Shown: positions 14,294 through 28,252, counted from the stretch's first letter. The stretch: DNA of 47,800 nucleotides from Paramecium tetraurelia (GCA_000165425.1 CT868082.1:1-47800), one strand, 5' to 3'. Notes: a model not told the origin generated them from the letters alone. Made by a program: numbers and translations.

Positions 14294-15709
14294 ATGATCA
14301 ATATACATTCAGATTCTAAACTAACAATTGAGTAACAAGACTCAGAAGTTTATCACTTGATTGAAAAAAAAAAGGAATTACAACAAAACAGTATAAATTT
14401 GATTCCTTGTGAAAATTATGTCTCTAAAACAGTAGCTGAAGCATAATCATGTGTCTTTAGCTCGAGATATGCTCCAGGTAATGTCTATCTTATTATTATA
14501 TAATAGGTCTATAGGGAGGCAAATACGCACCCCAAGCTGAGAATTACGATGCAATTGAAAAGCTATGCCAAGATAGAGCATTGGCAGCATTTTATTTGGA
14601 TCCTTAAGAATGGGGAGTCAATGTATAGATGGGAAGTGGAATTACATCCAATTTAGCCATATTTTTATGATTATTAGAACCGAAAGATAGAATAATGAGT
14701 ATGGAATTTTAGTAAGGTGGACCCTTTTCTCATGGTTACTAAGTTGGAGAAAAAAAGTTATCTCCTGTTAACAGAATCTTTGAAGTCCTCTTTTATTAAC
14801 TTAAAGAAGTAAATTCATAGATTTATCTTTTTAGGAAACATAAGAAATTGACTACTATAAAGTTGAATTATTGGCTAAGTCATTTAAGCCAAAGCTAATT
14901 GTAGCTGGTTTTTCAGCCTACGGTAGATTAATCAACTTTGGAAGATTCAGAAATATTTGTGATTAAGTAGGGGCTATTTTATTAGCTGACATAGGTCATA
15001 CGAGTGGTTTAATGTCAGCAGGAGTGATTCCTTCCCATTCCCTTTGCAGATGTTGTAATGAGTACTACTCATAAATCGTATAATATATTCTATATAATAG
15101 CTTACGAGGACCAAGAGGAAGTTTAATTTATTATAAATTACAATACAAAAATAGAATTGATGAATCCGTTGCCCCAGGATTAGTAGCTGGTGCTCATTTC
15201 CACACAATTACTGCTATAGCCGTGGCATTAAAAGAAGCTTAATCTTCATCCTTTATGCAACTATAGTAGAATGTTGTTGAAAATAATAAACATTTTGCAG
15301 CAGAATTCTAAAGATTAGGATTTGGTCTCATTGGAGGGAAAACTGAAAATCACTTAATTTGGTAGATTTGAGAAATTTTAACGTTGATGCAATTAAAATG
15401 GAGTATATATTAAGTTTGATTAACATTCAATGTAATAAAAACTATGTTCCTTTTGACACAGTTTCTTATAAAAGGGCTTTGAGAATAGGGTAGTTATGAT
15501 ATTAAAAAAAGATCAATCCCATTAACTGTTAGATAGGCTAATAAAGACCATTTCACAAGATTAGCCGAATCATAAAATAATCAGTTGAATTGGTTTAAAC
15601 TGTTACCATTGACATTAAGTAATTGGCAACAGAAAATTAGGATAAATTGATGCCTTTGAAATAATAGGTTATTGTATTGGCTAATGAGTTGCCAATCCCT
15701 TGGATGTGA
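14294..15709 (+). pseudogene. SHMT: divergent serine hydroxymethyltransferase-like gene, disrupted
   Basis: [34 protein letters not shown] and the PLP-lysine motif STTHKSLRGPRG. Four tiny introns (e.g. 14478-14506). In-frame TGA at 14668-14670 and frameshifts at ~15035-15045, ~15360 and ~15569. Confidence 0.88.
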
Positions 15710-16411
15710 ATAAATATATAAGAAGATAACACAGTATTTGTTCTATCTAACTTATTTTGATTGTCGATGATCATCCAATTTTTTGAGTACTTCTACTTTT
15801 AATCTGTAAAATTAAAGTAAAAGATATATTCCATAAAATTGTAATTTAATTTTCCAATTAATCAATGTAGATTTTAAATTCCATATTTCTTTTTTACAAA
15901 AAATTTGTTTACTGAAATAATGTAAGGTTATTGAAGTTTCTATATCCAACAATAATTACTATAAAATTGCACTTTGCTTACTTTAAGATCCTCTAAATAT
16001 TTGCATTAAAATGTATGGAGTTTTGAATAAATTAAATTTATTTATTTATAATAAATAACATATTAATCCAATATTATCATTTTTAAATGAGTCCTGTATG
16101 AAGATATACTCATCAATAATTTCATTATGAATCCAAAAATAGCCAAATTATTAGTTCCTTAAGTGAATAAATAAATAGAGAAAATTTTCAAATTAACAGT
16201 AACTCTCATCTTTGGTTTCTGAGCTCAGCTAAACTTACATGTTTAATTTATAATTTTGATTCACTTTATATGTGGAGTATTATCTAAAGGTAATCCAGGT
16301 AAAAAAGATTTGAGATTATAAATACAAATATATATTCTATTTGCTTTTAAACTTATCATGTTGATGATCCCTATATTAAAAAGGATAATTATGAATATTA
16401 TAAATTCAAAT

Positions 16412-16723
16412 TCAATATCCCAAAATATTAGATGTTGAGTTAGCTGTTATGCAGTATGTTAATTCAAATACCATTTGATAATTACCAGGTGCTTAAGGAA
16501 TTAATAAACTCTGAACATGTAACTCATTTTTAAAGTTGTTGACAACTGTCTAGTTTCTGCATGTCTAATAGACTATTTTTTAATCAACACCAACTGAAGT
16601 AACATAAGTAAAGGCACAACAAAATCCAGTTGCGCATTCCGAACTTGATCTACATTATCTTTAGCTTGAAATTGGAATGATTAGTACGGATAAAAGAACA
16701 ACAAAAAGCAAATTAGTTTTCAT
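16412..16723 (-). CDS. small secreted cysteine-rich protein (103 aa)
   Basis: MKTNLLFVVLLSVLIIPISS signal peptide, then QRQCRSSSECATGFCC...C...C (C-x5-C-x4-CC-x18-C-x35-C); 312-nt open frame. Confidence 0.7.
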
Positions 16724-17600
16724 TTCTTTAATATAAATATTAACGCCATTAATAAATACTGAATTTGTTATATATATGTAAATTATATTGATTTCTGATT
16801 AGTCAATAAATTTCCTCAGTTATTTAATAATTATGGATAAGAGAACTTAAATTCTTGTTAGGGAACTATTTTGTTTGTCAATATTGACTATAATTGCTAT
16901 TTAATTTTTAATTGGTCATATAATTCTTGAGCAATATATATCTCTCTTTTAATGTACTCTTAATCAATAAAAACAGCTTCTCAGATTCAGTAAATTTCTT
17001 TGACGATTTAGATTATATCAGTCTGCTGGTGTGTACATATGATACAATAAAAATAATCTGTATATTCATATCTTATAATTATGATTAATTAAAAGAGTAA
17101 TTGATTAATATTAAATTTGTTAGAAATATCTAAACGCTAAAGTAAAATTAATTATTTACAACAATAACGAGATTACATTAAGACAATAATTAAACTTAGA
17201 GATATAAGAATTAATTTGAAATAGGGTTGTTCAAGTTGGAGAAAAAAGAATGTAAATTAAAAATATTATTACAATAAATGTATGATGAGGATACGAATTG
17301 ATAGGAGTTTAGTTACCAAGTAATTGCTCCTTCTTAGTGTAATAATTGATATTATTGAAAGGGCATTAACAATAAATATCTAACACAAAGGGACTTAGTC
17401 TGAAGTTAGGATTTAATGGTGTGATAAAATTGAGAAATTAGTAAAATTTGATGTATTTTAATAATAGATAATAATAAATTGAAATAATTAATGAATTTTT
17501 TGATATCTAGAATAATTGTTAATATTTAGCATCTTTCAATAATGATGATGGTAAGATAATGAGATTGAATAATTAATTTCTCATATTAAATTAATACATA

Positions 17601-19510
17601 ATGAATTCTGATTTATTCGCTTGTTAATTTTGCAAGGAATATTTCTCCATTCAAAGGGAGCCATTCCTATTACCTGATTGTGGTCACAGTGTTTGTGCTG
17701 AGTGCCTAACTGTAAAATTAAAAAATGGAAATTAATTTGTATGCAAAGAAGATGGGTATATATATTTGAATTATTAGGGCAGTGTACAAGTAACAAGGAA
17801 TTAGATGAATGAATTCCCAAAAAACTTTGCTTTGTTGTAGATAATCAAAAATAGACCAACAAACAGAAAAATCGTAATGAACAATTCTCCAAAGTAGACA
17901 GAAATCGAATAGGATTCAGATCGATGCAAGAAACACGGCGAGAGAATGGACGTAGTTTGTGTTGATCATCGTGTAAGGATTTGTGCAAAGTGTGCATTAT
18001 TTGGAGATCATGCAGATCATAAAGTTGTTAACTTGGAAGATGCGTTAAAAAAGATTATTAGAAGAATAGATGAATTGAAGGACATGTCAGAACGACTAGA
18101 CAAAGCAGCAAATGAAACCTTTGAAATGTCCTAGTATTTTAACAAAATTGAGCTGCATTTTTAATCTAACTTGGACATTCAGATCAAGTAAGTCAATGCC
18201 TTTTTCGATGAATTAACCTAAATATTAGATAGCAAAAGAAATAAAATAATCCAAGAATGCAGAGAGAAAATTATACATTCCCAAGAACTATACAATAAGT
18301 ATATAACAGAGTCATTTATCGATGTTCAACGAAAAGTAGAATTGTGGAGAATGACTAGCAAAGATAGAATTCATTACTATGAAGAACAATAAAAGTCTAA
18401 TTCCATTCCATTTGAATTGATTTCAATATCTTCAACCAACGAATTGATGTTGATTGGTGCACAATATTTGAAGGAATTAGAGACTACCAAATAGTAAATC
18501 TTACTCAAAATCGATGAGCCATCCTACAGGGAGATACATCTGGAGATGAAAAGTGATTTGGAGCAATTTATAAATACTCATTTGATTGTTTACTAAAAGG
18601 ACCCCTAATTCAGATTAGAAAACTCATTATCAAGACTTGAATCCATAACTGAATGCTCACTCCTTAAAGATATTAATAGTTCAATCATTCAAGATCCCTT
18701 GAATCAAAATTAAATGGAATTGTGGATCAAATAATACCAAGAAAATCAATAGTACAAACAGTAATTAAATCAACAATTCTAATTGTAATAACAGCAATAA
18801 CAACTATAATAACAGCAATATCTATTTGTGCAACAATAACATTAGTAATAGCCCTCAAATTAGCCATATCAATAGTTGTCTTATTCGAATCATTAGCGAA
18901 CGGATCAACCTTTGACATCTCAAGAGTTAGACGATTAATACTTGAATAACTTGAAGAAATCTCCTTCTGCAACCACTTTGGCTACTAGACGAACTGTGTC
19001 TCCTTCGCCAATCAGAAGATCGATGAAATAAAAGAAGATTAATGAGAAATTCCAGCCTCTGATTGTGAAACTCAAAGGGGACGGATTGGATCAGTGTGAT
19101 TTTAGTTAGGCTGAATTAGGAGATGAAGGGCTATTGTCTCTGATCACAATAATAAAAAAAACAAAGAATCTGAGAGTATTGAAATTGGCAAAAAACAAGA
19201 TTTAAGATGGAGCAGCGTAATAATTGTTGATTGAATTGATAGAGAAGCAAAATGAGAATGAATAGGAGAATAATCAAATATCAACTATAAATTTATCGAG
19301 TAACATGCTGACCGACAAAGTTGTAGACACTATTCTTGATTTATGTAAGATTAATTTAAAAATCATATTTTCTTAGGTAAGAAATTCTCTAAAACTATGC
19401 AGCATTAATCTTTGAATCAGATATATCTAAATCAAAACATCATAAACCTATCAAGAGTGAAGAGAAAAGTGGATGAGATAAAGAAGTACGGATTGATAAT
19501 AGCCATATGA
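17601..19510 (+). CDS. RING / B-box / coiled-coil (TRIM-like) protein with Gln-rich linker and C-terminal leucine-rich repeats; probable E3 ligase
   Basis: RING CQFC..LLPDCGHSVCAEC..CKED; B-box CKKH..VVCVDH..ICAKCALFGDHADH; coiled coil; LRR-like LGDEGL, LRVLKLAKNKI, INLSSNMLTD; two tiny introns; TGA at 19508-19510. Confidence 0.88.
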
Positions 19511-19581
19511 CTTAGTTTTAATTTGATAATCTATTATATTTATATAATATTTTTAAAGAGTAATTTGAATTATTATCATTA

Positions 19582-20973
19582 TCATCTTTTTTTAGTTTTA
19601 CTTTATTATTAAATTGTTGATCTAAGTTTAGTGATCTTCACTTGATCATCAACCTTTTGTTCTTAAAGTTTCTTAATCTCTTCCATTTGAATATACTTGT
19701 CCTATTCAAATTGCTGATATATTTCTCGTAATAGATTTTCAAACACAACAAACATTTTATTCTATTTCTTTACTAGTGATGTTTTTAACTATTGATTTTC
19801 TTGTTTCAATTTTTGGATCCATTAAAGTACAATCTATTCGATTTGCTGAGTTCTAGTTTTCCAGTGCAATAAACCCTATTTCATGACATGCAATCGTTTC
19901 TCATAGACCGACTTGATGGATGGGGCATAGCTGATACTAAATTGCTTATTTTAATAGGATTCCAATTGATTTTCGAGGTTGTCAATTTTGGTTTCCTAGG
20001 ATTAAGTAAAATAGATACTAGAATCATCTTTTCGTCAATGAGATCTTGATACATCTTGGATAGATTTGTTTGCTAAGAAATTCTACTGACTTTCTTATCA
20101 ATCTATTCAGTGAGCAATTCTGAACTCAGAGCTTGACACATGAATTACAACTCTTTGAATGCTTTTTCATAAAGTTTCTGGAATTCATCTTTGGCCTTGG
20201 TGTGAATATTATTGAGTTAATTCTGAAGCATTTCTTTTTCAGATTATTCTTTGGCTAATCTCTAGGTGAACAAGTCCAACTCACCTTTTGTCAAATGCAA
20301 ATCAGACTCTAAGGATAGAATGTATTATTTGATATCTTAGGTCAGATCTGTAGCGTAAACGAATTCCTCGTGTTGTTACTTGAGATCTTAGATACTTTGT
20401 TGTAGTTGTTGTTATTTCAAATTATATTCTTCTGTTAATGTTGTTAATTATTGTCTTAAGAATCTCTCCTACTTGGATTTCAATTCCAATTCAATCTTCA
20501 GATACACATTCTCTCTCTCCAGAAAGCTAGCTTAATCTTAACCTTGAGTAGGATCTAGAATAAAATCAAATAATACAAATTTATTTAAGGGCCTCCAATT
20601 TGTTTTATAAGAAACTAATCTATTATGGCAATATATCATCCTTGGTACCTGATTATGATATCTGATAGGGTTGTTCTTCTTTGCCACTTTGACCCGAATA
20701 CTAATAGTCATTGTTATTATTGATATTATGATTATTCTTATGTTTAGAGCTGGTGATAAAATTGAGTTCTTGCACATCTTGCATATTAATTTTGGATTCT
20801 GTTGTTTTCTTTTCTCTGCCGAATGTGTTGTGCTCATTATTTCTACCAGATTACTCGGATTATGGAGTTTTCAGATTTTCTTGGTCATAAATGTCTATTC
20901 CGAGATTATTTCTGATCTTCGTCAGTTTCTGAGTAATTTATTCTATGAATTGGGAATCATCTTCTTATAGCAT
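19582..20973 (-). CDS. hypothetical coiled-coil protein
   Basis: MLQEDDSQFIEQITQKL..., a long E/Q/K/L-rich frame with a probable tiny intron near 20000; ends QQQSKTKKR-TGA. Confidence 0.75.
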
Positions 20974-21061
20974 TTAATCATTAGCTTCAAATTAACTACT
21001 CATCTGTTAATATATTAAATGTTGTTTTTTATTAAAAACATGAAAATGTTATTTTATAAGC

Positions 21062-22033
21062 TCATTCTGGTCCCACAGAAGCTTAAGCACCTCCTTTATC
21101 TTCGAAGTACATGTAGTCCATCATAAGAGTGACAGCAAGCAGCAACGCTTTGTCTTCCTTCGAAGCTCCTTTGGGGAAGATCAAACTGAAGTTGTCTGCA
21201 TCACCCATCGCGTTTTTACAACAGTCCTTTCCTTTCTTCATTAAATGAGCCACAACCTAATTATTCAATCAATTTGAGTGCTTACCTCTCCGGTTGGTAC
21301 TTTAATGACGAACTCAACCTTGTTGCAAGAATTGCATGGGCATTTGCACCAAAAATAAGTTTGGCAACAACTTGCTTCTACGATGTATCTCAAGTTGTCG
21401 TGAATATCCAGTACGTGACATCCTATGTTGCAGAAATACCATGGATTCACTATTGTTCCCAGTTTCTTGTTCTCGTCGTTCTCCACATACAAGACTTCAA
21501 GACGAGGTCTATTTTTAAATCACCCAATCAAAATACCTATTAAAACACAAGCATGTGCATTGATACTCTCTCTTGAACTTGAAGACTACTCTCTTTTCGT
21601 CCTTCAAGAACATCTTCGCCATGGCTGGCTAGAAGTCCTTACATCCGTAATTGTTGATTTTCATTTCAAAAGGCCTTGTATTCCCTCTAAGACGAATTAA
21701 TCTAATGAACTTACGGAAGACAAAGACGAGCACAAGTGGACGATTTCTCTTTGCATTTGAATAACGCCTTTTACTTCTTCTTCTTCCCTTAATCGTTTGC
21801 TGCATAGACCTTATATACATTCGGAGTTTCGAAACCTAACAATAACTCATAATTTGAGTACCTGTGATTGCCTCGAACAATTCAAATTTCTATTTAATGA
21901 AGATACCATCTTGCTACCCCAATATATCCAAACAACTGCTAGAAATTGCTTGGATCAAATGTTGTGCCTGTTCATTCATCTAATTAGCCATGGCCTAACC
22001 CAAGCTTCCTATCTGATTAAAAGCTCCTTGCAT
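21062..22033 (-). CDS. phospholipid scramblase family protein
   Basis: IFIKQKFELFEAITGFETPNVY, CKEKSSTCARLC, Cys-rich centre, and C-terminal DADNFSLIFPKGASKEDKALLLAVTLMMDYMYFE; several tiny introns. Confidence 0.92.
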
Positions 22034-23379
22034 AGTTAGAAGTCAAGTAAAATGTTATGAAAAGTTAATATTAATATCTATTCGTCATTAACAGTTACAC
22101 ATAAATAGGGTTAATTAAAATAACCAATCTTTTAATTGTTTAAAATTAATAATCAATTTACATATAACCAATAATCCTCCGTCCAAAAAAATATCAATTT
22201 CACTACACCATTATATCCCACAAGAAGTCCTGAAGGAATCAGCCAAGAAACCATGGCACACCTTGATCCTATAACTCCAATATAACATGTGAATAAAAAC
22301 GCTGTGTCAAATTATATTGTTATCCAATGAAGCAATTATTTTTCACTCTTTAATTAATTTTTTAAATATTAAGCTATTTTCTTTTATTTCCTGCTAAATT
22401 TAAAGCTAGCTCAAATTAATTGTGGAAAAGTACATCAAAAAGGATTCTATTTTTGGATCTAAAAACTAGGGACTGAAAAAATGAAAACAATCTGTATCTT
22501 TAAATTTAAATTTCTTAGCATTCTCTTAAAATAGAATTAATACAGTATTATAATAACAATCCTTATGCCTAATCATTACCAAAGAGAATTATCATTGATA
22601 GAAATTAAAATTATCAAACTTGTAATCTTTTACTGCTACAATAATAGCCAATTGAAAATAGTAATTGTTGATATATATAATATTCAGTATCAAAAAGTAT
22701 TCTATTTTATACTCCATATTACTTATTACCATAATCCTCATCATTATTTGTTCGATAAAAGATTTTGGTGATATAAAATTGCAATTAGTATTTATATTCT
22801 AGTTATCACTATTGCTTAAAAAATCAGATAATTTAATATCTATATTCAATAAAGATCTTTAGGAATATTGTAAGATAATCAATTTTGTAACTACAATATA
22901 GAAGTCATTTAAACATAAATGTATTGATATAAACCCTTTTATTAATCTTTTAAATAGCTATATCTAGATAAAGTGAAATAATTTCCATAATTATTTGTGT
23001 ATCAGAATGGGTGTGTTAATTGATTTTAATTTGTTTGGAATATCAACCTCAATTAAAATATTTACATTTCTTGAATTTAAAAAAAAAAATCTACATAGTG
23101 TAATTATAAAATACTTTGTTTTTTTTCTCACAAAGATGGATATTTTTGCAAAGGTCCTAGCTTTACATATATTAAATTAACATTATTTATCTTATTGCAG
23201 GTAAACAATTAAATTCAATAAAATCCATCAATTTGATTGAAATTATACTTCGAATAAATATACAGAGATTTGACAACACTGCAAGCTATTCATATAGCAA
23301 GTATTTCATAACTTTTCTAACCCGTTAATATTTAATAAATGATATTAGGAATACTAATAAAGTCTATTGAAAACAAAAA

Positions 23380-25354
23380 TCATTAATAATTTATTTCAAC
23401 ATTGTCACATATTGGAATCTTCCAGAAGTTTTAACATTAGTATTCTACTTCATCAACAGGAGGGAAATAAAGATGGATATCCTTATTCATTTCCACATAA
23501 GTAGTGATTTCATCAGTATTATATTTTTGGATATTGCTATCTGGGTCTATTATGAAGATTCGACTAATATCCACATTGACTGCCTAATAAGCAGTAGAAT
23601 CCTAATAGACATAAATAAATATCTTATTACTGTTAATCTATTTCCAAATCCACAATAGAATGGACTCTCTCCAATGAACAAGTTCCTAATTTCTTTTAAT
23701 GCCGTGATCTTGAATAATTCAGGAGTTCTGTCGATGACTTCTCTCTTAAATGCAGGGAACAAAGAGTCAGGACTCAAAATTATAGGTCCCTTTGGCAATT
23801 TAGTATTATTTTATTGTAGATTTTAAATAAAATCTTTAGTTTGATCTGCTTATCCTATCGCTCTGGCAGTCAAATAAATTATTTTATATCCCATAGATTA
23901 TATATTCTAATAGAGATTGGCTACTCCATCATGATTCCAATCGGTTCCTAATTTTGGCATTAATTAACCCAAAATGTCTGACTTTGTGATGGTACCATCA
24001 ATGTCCGATATCACCAATTTAGTTTTTTAGTCATAAAAGTAGATAGTCCCATGCAATTCCACAATATCACTTTTTTTGGGTATGCATATTCTGTATGTAA
24101 TTTTGTTATTTCCCTTTTTCAATCCTAGTTATTTTAAAATTGATGAATTAGGTTTTAGTATTGGTCTTTATGACTTTCTCCTTTTCTATATGGACATTGT
24201 ACTATATGTATCAATAGAATTCTCACTGAGTTTTCTGAGTCTATCTTAAGATTTAAATTATTGGTGCTGTTTTTGAGTCTATTCATTATTATTTATTCTC
24301 TGAGTATTATTGTTCTATTCAATTTAATCCGATCCTTTCTTCTTACCAAAGAGAACACTATACCATTATTACTATTGTTAAGTGTTCTGCTTCTTCTATT
24401 GATCCAAACTATCAATAACCATATCTTGAGCGAAGACTTGTTTGGCCAACAATTAAATTAATCCTGCTTCTCTGCTGAAGAACTTATCTCCAATCTTAAA
24501 GACAAGATCTTTGTGATTTATGATTTTAAGTGAGTCTTTTTCGAATGCTGAAAAGGAAATTTTGTGTTGTTCGAACAATTGGAATCTCTGAGTTTATGTT
24601 AGATTTTATTATGAGATTTAATATTGACCACAGAGAGAGAGTTCTATTACTGATTGGCGTGGAGAGAGGGTCTCCCTATCACTACAAGTAATATTGTCTT
24701 TCTCGTAATCGTTTGTTTAGATGTGTTTGTCTGATTGTTGGGACTGGAATTATTTTTGCAATTATAATTACGATAGTCTCTAATATGATGATATTATAAT
24801 TACTAAGGATGACGTATCGACTTATTAAAATTCTTTGAGGTTATTTGGTGTTTCAATTTTGATTCCCTCATCTTTTTTGGAATTGGTCCCTTTGCCCCAA
24901 AATTTTAGAGTTTGAAGCCAATTGCTATTCTTCTTGTCACTATTGAACAAATCATCAGGCTTTTTGTAATAGTGTGATTATCTAAACTCCGATGCTTCAT
25001 CAAACAATCTATGTTGTGTAATGTAAAAATTATACGAGATCTTCTCGGAAAATGTGTCATCAGATTGGTAGCCAGAAGAATAGGAACTCTTTTCGAAATA
25101 CGCTGAGCCTTCCTTCCCCAATCTCATTTTCACATCAGTCAATTTGTCATTCACAATAATATCCACTTAGTAGTCTTAACCATCATATTTGCCAAATCGC
25201 ACATGAAATGGGGTCGATTTCAACGATCCATTATGTTATTCCACAACAATTATATCAATACAGCCACTTAGATAGTACTATAAGGGATAGATTTAGATAG
25301 GATTACTTGTCTTGGATCTAACTTGGATATAATCTTTTAAGTTATAGAGGTCAT
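23380..25354 (-). CDS. LPIN: lipin / Pah1 phosphatidate phosphatase
   Basis: N-LIP motif [20 protein letters not shown]; catalytic [31 protein letters not shown]. Confidence 0.95.
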
Positions 25355-25376
25355 TATTATTAATAATATATATTAA

Positions 25377-28252
25377 TCACTTTTAATCTTTTTTCTTCTT
25401 CTATTTTAGGAATTCTTTTCTTAAGGCTGCATCATTCCTCTGGGATTGTTCCAACCTTTCCTTCTCCACCTATGCCTTGTTCATGTCACCAGCAATCATA
25501 CAAATTCTATCCGTCCTCTTCGTATGATCTGAATCCAAGTTCGATTTCAATATCTGCATCGCAAATGGCTTTATCACTCTGGCATCCCAATATCTAATCC
25601 CATCGAAATCGGCGAAACCCATGTAACTCCCAAACAATTTACTGAGCACAGTCTTCCCTTGTTTGATTTCCCCTTCGAAGTAATCCGTTGGCTTGTTTTT
25701 CACCTTGCCCAATTGCACAATACAATTTAAATCTAATCATTAATTCATTAAGTACTATTGACTTCATCTACAAAAGATAGAGCTCCTTAAGATTCATTCT
25801 TCATTGTTCCAAAGAATGTTCCTGAATAATGTTCAGATGAAAAAGTACACACTATCTTTTGATCTGGGAACTAGATTGTTCTTTTCCCATGATTCAATAT
25901 AGTCAATGAATTTAAACCAGCTTTTGCTTCATAGAGAGAGTATCCGAAAAATTTGTAAGATTTCTTAGGTCCATAAACTAGAAAATAAGACAAAGGAGGA
26001 TGATGAGATATCTATATAATAGAATCTTTTATATTCTTACTTATTCACAATACAATTAAGTACCATCTTCGTAGCCACCCTCAAAGGTTTCACCTAAGAT
26101 TGGATTGAGAGGTTTAAGAAATGAATTAGCCTAAATGTAATTAGATATAAGAGCAACTATACTAAGTTTCATTCTTTCTAATGGCTTTTAAAGAGAAGCA
26201 GCCTTGTTCATATACAAAGGAAAGAGAATTGTTTACATAAATGTTTTTTCTAAGGCAGATTTAGGAATCATAGCTTTGATCTACAATAATAAACCAAATC
26301 AATTACTGGAAATGAAACTGTTGTTAAATTGAAATTTCCACTGAGCAATTTCTGACCCACCTACTTGATCATGTTCTTTCCCACACTTCTTGCTAAATCA
26401 ATTATTTTTTCATCCTAACAAGCCGTCCCTCCTTTCTTATGAGCCTAAGGAACCCTATACTCATCCTTGTAATCAACTTTCTTGAAATTCAACGCATAAT
26501 TCATAATCGTATTAAAATCCCTATGATTGCAATGTTCTCCCTCATCGAACACAATTGAAACCTTAACAAGATCGATTTCATCTGAATCTTCCTCCTAATT
26601 CTACTCTGTCTTACTCGGTTAATGTTAGAGTAGTTGCTACTCATTCTTCACTACTACCTACTATTACTCCTCACACTGCATCTTACTGTAATTGTTGCCC
26701 TATTGATTATCAGATGCTTCCTATTTATTATTAGTTCCATTCCCATTCTCATTGACATCTTAATTCTCATTCTTGTCATCATCTGCCTGCTTCTATTCGT
26801 TGATTTCATTGGCATAATTAACTGCAGATTCAAACTCATTCCCTTAGAAATCACTAATGAATTTCATTTTTGGACTCATATCAGCGACCCCGTTGACTTA
26901 TCTCCTCATGTGAACTAAAAGTGTTGATCTTATATATAATATTACCTTTGATACTCTTAGCTACTTGCACACCTGAACCCACTCCTCCACTTTCATCGCT
27001 AATATCATCAAATTTAAATGAACTCTTTTTTTGAGCACTTCCCTTATTGGGAGATGATTAATTATTCATCACGAAGACTTGTGTTTGTTATTTGCTTACA
27101 ACAATGAACTCTTTGGTTTCATCATCCTGATTATTCATGTTTTTGAAGTTCTTTTTATAAAATTCAAGAGCATTATTGGATAGCAACTTATCTCCATCTA
27201 AATCATTTTGGTCATCCACATACTGTGCTGAAAACATACTGCCTTGTATTAGAGCATAATCAGCCACATTCAGTTTGGAGTTATGAATGTAGATTTTGAC
27301 ATTGTCATTTTTGGCTATTTCGATGTATTCAGTTTGATTGAATTCAGCGATGTCAGTTTTCAATTTCAATAACTGTCCTTTGCCAGATGGGATCACCCTC
27401 TTCTTGGAGAACTTGACCAATTTGAATATGGCCTGGTGGAGTACTTTAGGATTTCTATTTATGTTATGAGAGAGTTTACTAAAAATTATCGAATAGGATG
27501 ATGTCGATGGTTTGTGTCGATGGGTTGAATATGATTCCCAGGATCTCATGTTGTTTATAGAAGGATCCGATGATGCCTCCCAGTAATTCGATATTGCTTA
27601 TCAATAAATTAAAACCACTATCATTTTTTAACAAATAATTATTATTGTTGTTTATGGACCAATCATTTAAAGACACAACCACTCCAGTAGTCAGCTTAAA
27701 TTCATTGCCATCTATCTTCACAAGGCCTATTCCCAAAAGAGCATAGAAGGCCTTCACATTTTGCATTTTCGAAGAGAAACAAATCTGCAAATATCCTAGA
27801 ATCTTATCATAGTTCTCGTTTTCGTCGATCATCAATTTAAACACTCGCCCCTTTGCTGTCCTCACATATATCACTGACTTAAATTATAAGGTGCCGCATT
27901 ACTTTCTAATCATTGGCTTGCTAATAATTCTTTTTCTTTCTCAAAGATTATTCGCATTTTTGGATCTCAGCCTCATCCCTCACAAAGTCCCCCTTGTTCA
28001 AAGAGTAATAATTATTATAACTACTGGATTGTTGAGTCTTGTAACACAATAACCTACCCTTCCTCAGGTCAAAGGAGAAGAAGTAATTGTAAAGAGTTCC
28101 CCATTTTATGTATGATACTGCACCTAATTTCCGATCAATCTTTATCGCCTTTCATTATGACATACATCAAATACTTGAGACTTTGGGAAGGGAGCCTACT
28201 TTATATCCTCGTCGTCCTCCAACTCATAGATCACACGGTTATTTTATTGCAT
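25377..28252 (-). CDS. oxysterol-binding protein-related protein with N-terminal PH-like domain and Gln-rich linker
   Basis: OSBP motifs KPLNPILGETFE, EQ|ISHHPP (split by an intron) and EKERLEQSQR. The frame continues upstream through 25-26 nt introns (e.g. gtaatgcggcaccttataatttaag) to a PH-like segment KWGTLYNYFFSFDLRKGRLLCYK...VIYVRTAKGRVFKL and the ATG at 28252. Confidence 0.85.

Noticed and set aside
22150..22990. Possible membrane-protein gene on the minus strand
   Set aside because: Only the last ~60 codons read well; upstream frames are interrupted by TGA and no gene model could be built.
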